Source: the human T2T-CHM13v2.0 reference genome, Homo sapiens. From it: a stretch of DNA of 64,000 nucleotides. The notes beneath the pieces are model-generated. The model saw only the letters and a list, made by a program, of their open reading frames with translations, made no database searches and was not told where the DNA came from. Positions 53,601 through 64,000 of the stretch are shown one piece after another. The DNA is taken from the NCBI RefSeq assembly GCF_009914755.1, contig NC_060946.1; one strand, written 5' to 3'. The translations under genes and the position numbers were made by a program. Numbering within the stretch: position 1 is the stretch's first letter; every line of letters starts with the position of its first letter.

Positions 53601-56600
53601 CCCATTCCATTCTATTCCATTCCACTCCATTCCATTGGATTCCATTCCATTCGATTCTATTCCATTCGATTGCATTATGTTCCATTCCATTCCATTCCAT
53701 TCCATTCCATTCCGTTCCTTCCATTCCATTCCATTCCATTCCATTCCATTCCATTCATTTCCATTCTATTCGAGTCCATTCCACTCCACGCAATTCAATT
53801 CCACTTCATTCCATTTGAGTCTATTCCATTCAAGTCCATTCCATTCCGTTCCATTTCTTTCCATTCCATTTGATATCTTTCCGTTACATTCCATTACATT
53901 CTATTCCTTTTGATTCCATTCCATTCCATTGCATTCTATTCCATTTCATTAGACTCCATTCCATTTGAGTCCATTGCATTCCATTCGCTTAAATTCCGTT
54001 CTGTTCGTTTCCAATCGTTTCGATTCCATTTTTTCCGGTCCATTCCATTCGAGTCCATTGGATTCCAGTTCATTCCAATCGGTTCCGTTCCACTCGATTC
54101 CATTCCATTCTAATCCATTCCAATCGAGTCCGTTCCATTCCATTCCATTCTGTTCCGTTCGATACCAATCCGTTGAACTCCATTTTATTCCAGTACATTC
54201 CATTCGAGTCCATTCCATTCCAGTCCATTCCATTCGATTCCATTCCATTTGATTCCATTCCTTTCGATTCCATTCTGCTCGATTCCACTTTGTTCCATTC
54301 CGTTGTACTCCATTCTATTCCATTGCATTCCATTCCATTCCATTCCTTTTGATTACATTCCATTCAATTCCATTCCATTCGAATTAATTACATTGCAATC
54401 CATTACTTTCGAGTCCGTTCTATTGCAGTCCATTCCATTTGAGTCCATTCTATTGCAGTCCATTCCATTCCGGTCCTTGCCATTCGATTCCATTCCATTC
54501 GATTCCATTCCATACTATTGAATTCCTTTCGATTCCATTCTATTCAAATAAATTCCATTTGAGACTACTCCTTTGAAATCCATTCTATTTGAGCCCATTG
54601 CATTCGAGTCCATTACATTTGGGTCCATTCCATTCCATTCCATTCCCATCCATGGCATTTGATGCCATCCATTCGATTCTACTTCTTTCGAGTCCATTCC
54701 ATTCAAGTCCATTCCATTTCATTCAACTCCATTCCATTTGCTGCCGTTCCATTCGAATGTATTCAATTCTAATCCTTTCCATTCCATTCCTTTCCATCTG
54801 ATTCCATTGCATTCTATTCCTTTCCATTCGATTATATTCCATTCCATTCCATTCATTTCCATTCCATTCGAGTCCATTCCATTCCATTCGATGCCATTCC
54901 ATTCGATTCTATTCCAATCGAATCCATTCCATTCCATTCTGTTCTATTCAACGCCATTCCATTGTATTCCTCTCCATTCCACTCCATTCCTTTCCATTGC
55001 ATTCAATTCATTTCCATTCCATTCGAGTCCATTCCACTGCAATCCATTCCATGCCACTCCATTCCATTCGAGTCCTTTCCATTCCTTTCCTTTCCATTCG
55101 ATATCTTTCCATTACACTTCATTCCCTTCTATTCATTTCGATTCCATGCAATTCCATTCCATTCGGTTCCATTGCATTCAACTCCATTCCACTCGATTCC
55201 ATTCTATTCCATTGCATTCCATTATGTTCCATTTGATTCCAATCTATTCGATTCCATTTTGGTCCAGTCCATTCCATTCGATTCCATTCCATTCGATTCC
55301 ATTCCACTTGATTCCACTCCATTCCTTTCCATTGCATTCCATTCTCTTCCATTCCATTGTATTCCATTCCATTCCATTTGATTCCATTCCATTTGATTCC
55401 ATTCCATTAGAATCCACTTCATTCCATTCCATTCCATTCCACTTCATTCCATTCCATTGCATTCCATTCACTTCCATTCCTTTGCATTCCATTCCATTCC
55501 ATTTGATTACATTCCTTTAGATTCCATTCCATTCAAATCAATTACATTGCAATCCATTACATTCGAGTCCGTTCTATTCCAGTCCATTCCATTCCGGACC
55601 ATTCCATTTGATTCCATTCCATTAGATTCGATTCCATACTATTGCATTACTTTCGATTCCATTCTTTCAAATAAATTATATGTGAGACCATTCCATTCGA
55701 GTCCATTCTATTTGAGTCCATTCCATTCGAGTCCATTACATTTGGGTCCATTCTTTCCATTCCATTGCATTCTATTCCACTCCATTTCATTCGATGCTAT
55801 TCCATTCTTTTCTATTCCATTCGAGTCCATTCCATTAGAGTCCACTCCATTCCATTCCATTCTTTTCGATGCCATTCCATTCGACTCCATTCCATTCCAG
55901 TCGTTTCCATTCCATTCCATTCCATTCTGTTCGATTCCAATCCGTTCGATTCCCTTTTGTTCCAGTCCATTCCATTCGAATCCTTTCCATTCCAGTAGAC
56001 TCCATTCGATTCCATTCCATTTTGTTCAATTCCTTTCAATAACATTCAACTCGATTCCACTCCATTCCATTCCATTGCATTCCATTATACTCCATTCCAT
56101 TCCATTGTATTCAATTCCATTGTGTTCCATTCCATTCCATTTGATTACTTTCCATTCGATTCCGTTCCATTCGAATCAAGTTCATTGCAATCCATTACAT
56201 TTGTGTTTGTTCTGTTCCTGTCCTTTCCATTGCGGTCCATTCCTTTTGATTCCATTCCATTCTATTCTATTCCACACTATTGCCTTCCATTCAATTCCCT
56301 TCTATTCGAATAAATTCCTTTCGAGACCATTCCTTTTGAGTCCATTCTATATGAGTCCATTGCTTTTGAATCCACTTCATTTGTTTCCATTCCATTCCAT
56401 TCCATAACATTCCCTTTCATACCATTCGATGCCATTCCATTCAATTCTATTTCATTCGAGTCCATTCCATTCCATTCCACTCCATTCCACTCGATGCCAT
56501 TTCATTCGATTGTATTGCATTCGACTCCATTCCATTCCATTAGTTTCCATCTGATTCAATTTCGTTCTATTCCTTTCCATTCCATTCGTTTCCTTTCCCT

Positions 56601-59600
56601 TCGAGTCTATTCCATTCCATTGCATTCTATTCCATTTCATTAGATGCCATTCCATTCAATTCTATTCCATTCGATTCCATTCCATTCCATTCCATTCCAG
56701 TCCTTCTGACTCCATTCCATTATATTCCTTTCCATTCCATTCCATTCCATTCCATTCCTTTCCATTGCATTCCATTCGTTTCCATTCCATTCTAGTGCAT
56801 TTCTCTCCATTCCATTCCATTCGAGCCCATTCCATTCCTTTCCATTCGATATCTGTCCATGACAGTCCATTCCCTTCTAATCCTTTCGATTCCCTGCAAT
56901 TCCATTCCATTTGGTTCTATTCCATTTGACTCTATTCCATTCGAGTACATTCAATTCCACTCCAATCCATTCCATTCCATTCCATTCCACTTGATTCCAA
57001 TCTGTTCTATTCAATTTTGTTCCTGTCCATTCCTTTCAAGTTCTTTCCATTCCAGTCCTTTGCATTCGATTCCATTCCATTCGATTCCATTCCATTCAAT
57101 TCCATTGCACTCGATTCCACTCCATTTCATTCCATTGCATTCTATTCTCTTCCATTCCATTGCATTCCATTACATTTCATTTGATTACATTCCATTCGAT
57201 TCCATTCCATTTGAATCAATTACATTGCAATCCATTACATTTGAGTCCGTTCTATTCCAGTCCATTCCATATCGGTCCACTCCATTTGGTTAGATTACAT
57301 TTGATTCCATTAAATACTATTGCATTCCATTCGATTCCATTCTATTCGAATAAATTCCATTTGATACCATTCCTTTTGAGTCCATTCTTTTTGAGTCCAT
57401 TCCATTCGAGTCCATTACATTTGGGTCCATTCCATTCCATTCCATTCTATTCCATTTCATTCTATTTGATGCCATTCCATTCTATTCTATTCCATTTGAG
57501 TCCATTCCTTTCGTGTCCATTCCATTCCATTCCATGGCATTCCATTCGACTCCATTCCATTCGAGTCGATTCCATTCCATTCCGTTCCGTTCCTTTCGAT
57601 TCCAATCCATTTGATTCCAATTTGTTCCAGCCCATTCCATTCGAGTCCATTCCATTTGATTCCATTCCATTCTATTCAATTCCTTCCGATTTCATTCCAC
57701 TCGATTCCACTCTGTTCCATTCTGTTGCATTCCATTATACTCCATTCCATTCCATTCCATTCCATTCCATTCTAGTCCATTCCTTTCCAGTCCATTCCAT
57801 TCGATTCCATTGCATTCGATTCAATTCCTTCCATTTCCATTCCACTCAATTCCACTCCATTCCATTCCAATGCATTCCATTCTACTCCTTTCCATTCCAT
57901 TCTATTTTATTCCATTTCATTCCATTCCATTTGATTACATTCCATTCAATTCCATTCCATTCGAATCAATTACTTTGCAATCCGTTACATTCGTGTCCAT
58001 TCAATTCCATTCCATTCCATTACGGTCCATTCCATTGAATTCCATTCCATTCATTTCCATTCCATACTACTTCATTCCATTCGATTCCATTCTATTTGAA
58101 TAAATTCCATTCGAGACCTTTGCTTTCGAGTCCACTCTATTTGAGTCCATTATATTCGAGTCCATTCCATTCGAATCCATTACATTTGGGCCCATTCCAT
58201 TCCATTCCATTCGATGCCATTCCATTCAATTCTATTCAATTCGAGTCAATTCCATTGGATTCCATTCCATTGCATTCCATTCCATTCAATGCCATTGCAT
58301 TCGATTCTATTCCTTTCGACTCCATTCCTTTCAGTTCCATTCAATCTGATTCCATTCCATTCTAATCCTTTCCACTGCATTCCATTCCATTCTTTTCCAT
58401 TCTGTTCTTGTCCATTCCACTCCACTCCATTCCATTCGAGTCCATTCCATTCAAGTCCATTCCTCTCCACTCCATTCCATTCGAGTCCATTCCACTCCAG
58501 TCCATTTCATTCAAGTCCATTCTTTTCCTTTCCATTCCATTCGATATCTTTCCATTACACTCCTTTCCATTCTAGTCCTTTAGATTCCATTCAATTCCAT
58601 TCCATTTGGTTCCATTCCTTTCGAATCCATTCCATTGGAGTCCATTCCAATTCATTCCATTCCATTCCGTTCAATTCCAATCCATTCGATTCCATTTTGT
58701 TCCAGTCTATTCCATTCGAGTCCATTTCATTCCAGTCAAATCCATTCGATTCCATTCTATTCGATTCCTTTGCATTTCATTCCATTCCACTGGACTCTAT
58801 TCCACTCAATTCCATTCTGTTCCATTCCATTGCATTCCATTCTATTCCATTACATTGCATTCCATTCCATTCTATTTGATTACATCTTATTTGATTCCAT
58901 TCCATTCGAAACAATTACATTTCAATCCATTACATTCGAGTCCGGTGAATACAAGTCCATTCCATTCCGGTCCATTCCATTCGATTCCATTATATTCGAT
59001 TCCATTCCATACTATTGCATTCCTTTCGATTCCATTCTATTCGAATAAATTCCATTCGAGACCATTCCTTTCGATTCCATTCTGTTTGTGTCCATTGCAT
59101 TTGATTTCATTCAATTTGGGTCCATACCATTCCATTCCTTTCCATTCCATTCCATTCGATGCCCTTCCATTCGATTCTATTCCATTCGAGTCCATTCCAT
59201 CTGAGTCCATTCCATTCCACTCCATTCCATTCTTGTCCATTCCATTTGAGTCCATTCCAATCCAGTCCATTCCATTCGACTCCATTCCACTCCAGTCCAT
59301 TCCATTCGAATCCATTCCATTCCAGTCCATTCCATTCCATTCCATGCCATGCCATTCCATTCGATATGTTTCCATTACAATCCATTCCATTCTATTCTTT
59401 TTATTCCGTTCAATCCCATTCCATGTTATTCTATTCCATTCGACTCCATTCCGTTTGAGACCATTCCATTCCATCTCGTTCCATTTGATTGCAATCCGTT
59501 CGATTCCATTTTGTTCCATTATATTCCGTTTGAGTGCATTCCATTCCAGTCCATTCCATTCGATTCCAGTCCATTTGATTCCATTCTATTCCAATTGATT

Positions 59601-62600
59601 CCACTCCGTTCCATTACATTGCATTCCATTCTATTCCATTCCATTCCTTTTGGTTACATTCAATTCGATTTCATTCCATTCGAGTCAATTACTTTGCAAT
59701 CCATTACATTCGAGTCCGTTCTATTCCAGTCCATTCCATTCCAGTCCATTCCATTCGATTTCCATTGCATTCCATTCCATTCCATACTATTGCATTCCAT
59801 TTGGTCCCAATGTTTTCGAATAAGTTCCCTTCGAGGCCATTCCTTTAGAGTCCATTCTACTTGAGTCCATTCCATTCGAGTCCATTACATTTGGATCCAT
59901 TTCATTCCATTCCATTCCATTCGATGCCATTCCATAAAATTATATTCCGTAGGTGTCCATTCCATTCGAATCCATTCCATTCCATTCGATTCCATTGCAT
60001 TCCATTAGATTACAATCCATTCGATTGCATTCCATTCAAATCAATTACTTTTCAATGCTTTAAATTCTAGTATGTTCTATTCCAGTCCATTCCATTCCTG
60101 TCCATTCCATTCAATTCAATTCCATTCAATTCCATTTCATTCGATTCCATTCCATACTGTTGCATTCAATTCGATTCCATTCTCTTCGAATAAATTCCAT
60201 TCGAGACAATTCCTCTTGAGTCCATTCCATTCGAATCAATTCCATTCAATTCCATTCCATTCGATTCCATTCCACTCGATTACACTCCGTCCTATTCAAT
60301 TGCATTCCATTCTGTTCCATTCCATTGCATTCCTTTCCATTCCATTTGACTACATTAAATTCGATTCCATTCCATTCGAGTCAATTACACTGCAATCCAT
60401 TACATTAGAGTGTGTTGTATTCCAGTTCATTCCATTCTGTTCCATTCCATTCGATTCCATTCCATTGGATTCGATTCCATACTATTTCATTCCTTTCAAA
60501 TCCATGCTATTCGAATAAATTCCATTCGAGACCATTCCTTTCCTATCCATTCTATTTCAGTCCCTTCAATTCGAGTCCATTGCAATGGGGTCCATTCAAT
60601 TCCACTCCATTCCATTCCATTCCATTCCATTCACTTTGATGCCATTCCATTCCATTCTATTCCACTTGAATCTATTCCATTCGAGTCCATTCCATTCCAT
60701 TCCACTCCATTCCATTTGATTCCATTGCATTCAATTCTATTCCATTCCATTCCATTCCATTCCATTCCATTCCATTCCATTCCATCCGATTCCATTCCAT
60801 TCCACCCCATTCCATTCTATTCCTTTCCATTCCATTCCATTCATTCCATTCCATTCCATTCCATTTCACCCCATTCCATTCTATTCCTTTCCATTCCATT
60901 CCATTCATTCCATTCCATTCCATTCCATTCCATATTTCAATTCAATTCGATTCCATTCGATTCCAGGACATTACATTCCAGTCCATTCCATTAGAGTTCT
61001 TTCCATTAGAATCCATTCCGTTCCATTCCATTCGATATATTTCCAATCTGTTCCATTCCATTCTATTCCTTTCGATTCCATTCAACTCTACACAATTCTA
61101 TTCCATTTCATTCGACTCCATTCCATTCGATTCAATTCCAATCCATTCCATTAAATTTCGTTCTGTTCGATTCCAATCCGTTAGATTCCTTTTTTTCCGG
61201 TCCATTCCATTCGAGTCCATTCCATTCCAGTCCATTCCAATTGGTTCCATTCCACTCGATTCCATTCCATTTGATTCCATTCTATTTGATTCCACTCCAT
61301 TCCATTCCATTGCATTCCATTCTATTTCATTCCATTCCATTTGATTACATTCGATTCTATTCTATTCCATTTAAATCAATTACATTTCAGTCCAATACAT
61401 TCGAGCCCATTCTATTCCATTCCATTCCATTCTGTTCCATTCCTTTTGATTCCATTCCATTCGATTCCGTTCCATACTTTTCCATTACATTCGACTCTGT
61501 TCTATTCGAATAAATTCCATTCGAAGCCAATTCTTTCAAGTCCAGTTTTTTTGAGTCCCTTCCATTCGAGTCCATTACATTTGGGTCAATTGCATTCCAT
61601 TCCTTTCCATTCCATTTCATGCCATTCCATTTGAATCTATTCCATTCGAGTCCATTCCTTTCCAGTCCATTCCATTCCATTCCATTCGTTGTCATTCGAT
61701 TCGATTCTATTCCATTTGACTCCATTCCATTCCATTCCATTCCATTCCATTCCATTATGTTCCATCCGTTTCCAATCCATTCTATTCCTTTCCATTCCAA
61801 TCCAAGCCACTCGATTCCATTCCATTCCATTCCAATCCATTTCATTTGTTACATTTCCATTCGCGTCGTTTCCACTCCACTCCATTCCATTCGAGTCCAT
61901 TCAATTCCACTACATTCCATTTGACTCCATTCCATTTGATTTCTTTTCATTAAAACCATTCCATTCTATTCCTTTGGATTCCATTAAATTCCATTCTTTT
62001 CCATTCCATTCCATACCATTCCATTCCATTCCTTTTGACTCCATTTCATTCGAGTCCATTCCATTCAATTCCATTCTCTTCCATTCTATTCCAATCTATT
62101 CAATTTCATTTTCTTCCAGTCCAATCCATTCGAGTCCATTACATTCCAATCCATTCCAATCGATTCCATTCCTTTCAATTCCATTCCGTTGAATTCCATT
62201 CCATTCGATTCCAGTCCAATCCATTCCACTGCATTACTTTCTATTCCATTCCAATGCATTCCATTTTACTCCGTTTGATTACATTCCATTTGATTCCATT
62301 CCATTCAAATCAATTACATTGCATTCCATTACATACGATTCCATTCTATTCCTGTCCATTCCATTCCTTTCCATTCCATTTGATTCTATTCCATTAGAAT
62401 CCATTCCATACTATTGCATTCCATTCGATTCCATTCTATTCGAATAAATTCCATTCGGGACCATTCCTTTCAAGTTCATTCTATTTGAGTCCATTCCATT
62501 TGATTACATTACATTTTGTTCCATTCCGTTCCATTCCATTCCATTCCATTCGATGCCATTCCATTTGATTCTAACCCGTTCGAGTCCATTCCATTCGACT

Positions 62601-64000
62601 TCATTCCATTCCATTCAATTCCATTCCATTTCATTCCATTCCATTCCATTCGAAGCAATTCCTTTGGATTCTATTCCATTCGACTCCATTCCATTCAATT
62701 CCATTTCAACCCATTCCATTCCATCCGATTCCATTCCATTCCATTCCACTCGTTTCCATTCCATTCGTGTCCATTCCACTCCAGTCCATTCCATTCGAGT
62801 AAATTCCAATCCAGTCCGTTCCATTGAAGTCCATTCCATTCCATTTGATGTCTTTCCATTACACTCCCTTCAATTCCATTCCTTTTGGTGCTATTCCATT
62901 CCATTCTATTCCATTTGAGTCCATTCCATTAGAGACCATTTCATTCCATTGCGTTCCATCCTTTCTGCTTCCATTCCATTCTACTCCTTTCCGTTCCATT
63001 CCATTTCATTCCATTCCATTCGTGTTCATTACATTCGAGACTATTCCACTCCAGTCCATTAAATTCAAGACCATTCCATTCCAGTCCATTCCATTCCGTT
63101 CTGCTCAATTCCAATCCGTTCAATTCCATTGTGTGCCAGTCCATTCCATTCCAGTCTATTTCATTCGATTCCATTCCATTTGATTCTATTCCATATTATT
63201 GCATTCCATTCGATTCCATTCTATTTGAATAAATTGCATTCGAGTCCATTCCTTTTGGGTCTATTCTATTTGAGTCCATTCCATTCGAGTCCATTATATT
63301 TGTGTCCATTCCACACTATTCCATTCCATTACATTCCATTCCACGCCCTTCCATTCCATTCTATTCCATTTGAGCCCACTCCATTTGAGTTCATTCCATT
63401 CCACTCCATTCCATTCCATTTGATGCCATACTATTCTATACTATTCCATTTGACTCCATTCCATTCCATTCCATTTGATGCCATATCATTCTATTCTATT
63501 CCATTTGGCTCCATTCCATTCCATTCCTTTCCATCCGATTCCATTCCTTTCTATTCCTTTTCATTCCGTTCCCTTCCATTGCATTGCATTCCATTCCATT
63601 CCATTGGTTTCCATTCCATTTGAGTCCATTCAACTCCAATACATTCCATTTGATTCCATTCCCTTCGACTCCATTCCAATCGAGTCCATTCCATTCCATC
63701 AATTCCTTTCAGCTTGATTCCAATCCGTTCAATTCTATTTTGTTCCAGTCCATTCCATTCGAGTCCTTTCCATTCCAGTCCATTCCTTTCAATTCCATTC
63801 CATTCGATTCCATTCCATTTGATTCCATTCTACTTGATTCCACTACGTTCCATTCAATTGCATTCCATTCTTTTCCATTCCATTGCATTCCATTATATTT
63901 CCTTCCTTTGCATTCCATTCCACTAAATTTGATTACATTCCATTCGATTCCATTCCATTCTAATCAATTACATTTCCGTCCATTACATTCGCGAACACTC

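Larger units (their letters stand above)
1..64000 (+). repeat. Human Satellite III (HSat3)-type pericentromeric/heterochromatic satellite array, diverged (CATTC)n / (GGAAT)n
   Basis: CATTC pentamers and single-base variants (CACTC, CGATT, CGAGT, CTATT, CATTG) make up essentially the whole window. The + strand is always the C/T-rich strand. The HSat2-type GATGAT motif does not recur. Confidence 0.97.
10150..64000 (+). repeat. CpG-richer HSat3 array built from a degenerate ~0.9 kb unit (HSat3A-like; subfamily not assigned)
   Basis: Ordered landmarks recur: CGATATCTTTCCATTACACTCC; CCAATCCGTTCGATTCCATTTTGTTCCAGT; TTTGATTACATT...GAATCAATTACATTGCAATCC; CCATACTATTGC...GAATAAATTCCATTCGAGACC...TACATTTGGGTCC. 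About 58 copies of the last landmark between 10948 and 63228. Confidence 0.9.

Noticed and set aside
10900-63330. CRISPR-like array (regularly recurring conserved motif)
   Set aside because: The intervening sequences are ~0.9 kb of homologous satellite rather than unique spacers, there are no cas genes, and the DNA is primate.
35-63926. All ORFs in the supplied track (up to 367 aa, e.g. 4060-5163 and 58606-59598)
   Set aside because: Pure CATTC/GAATG repeats have no stop codons in any frame. The products are HSIPF or MEWNG repeats overlapping in several frames, with no domain-like composition.
10150-64000. HSat2 (Satellite II) assignment because of frequent CATTCGATTC
   Set aside because: The recurrent GATGAT-containing ~23-26 bp HSat2 unit is absent and the 5-bp register is largely kept, which fits HSat3.
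10150-64000. Homogeneous DYZ1 (3.6 kb) or D15Z1 (1.8 kb) higher-order array
   Set aside because: No constant long period with near-identical copies; landmark spacing is irregular and copies are diverged.
1-64000. Inversion or strand switch, alpha satellite/CENP-B boxes, telomeric repeats, rDNA or tRNA
   Set aside because: No GGAAT-oriented tract on +, and no 171-bp monomer, TTAGGG run or structured RNA sequence was seen.

Overview
The whole 64 kb is primate (most likely human or great ape) classical satellite DNA of the Satellite III / HSat3 type. It is a diverged (CATTC)n pentamer array, C-rich on the + strand throughout, with no inversion. I find no protein-coding genes, RNA genes, CRISPR arrays or intact mobile elements; every supplied ORF is a translation artefact of the pentamer (HSIPF / MEWNG repeats). 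Three domains are visible. (1) About 1-8090 is a CACTC/CATTC-mixed subfamily built from ~0.7-0.8 kb units carrying a 55-bp truncated Alu 3'-end fragment (8 copies of single origin), with a ~2.8-2.9 kb higher-order relationship. (2) About 8091-10150 is a short junction block with its own motifs and a near-perfect 672-bp tandem duplication. (3) About 10150-64000 is a CpG-richer (CGAGT/CGATT) array built from a degenerate ~0.9 kb unit marked by a 'GAATAAATTCCATTCGAGACC...CATTTGGGTCC' landmark (about 58 copies by eye), overlaid with duplications at several different offsets. I see no convincing new biological system. The most interesting observations are structural and evolutionary, plus speculative RNA-processing and transcription-factor motifs. 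All coordinates and counts were read by eye and may be off by a few bases.
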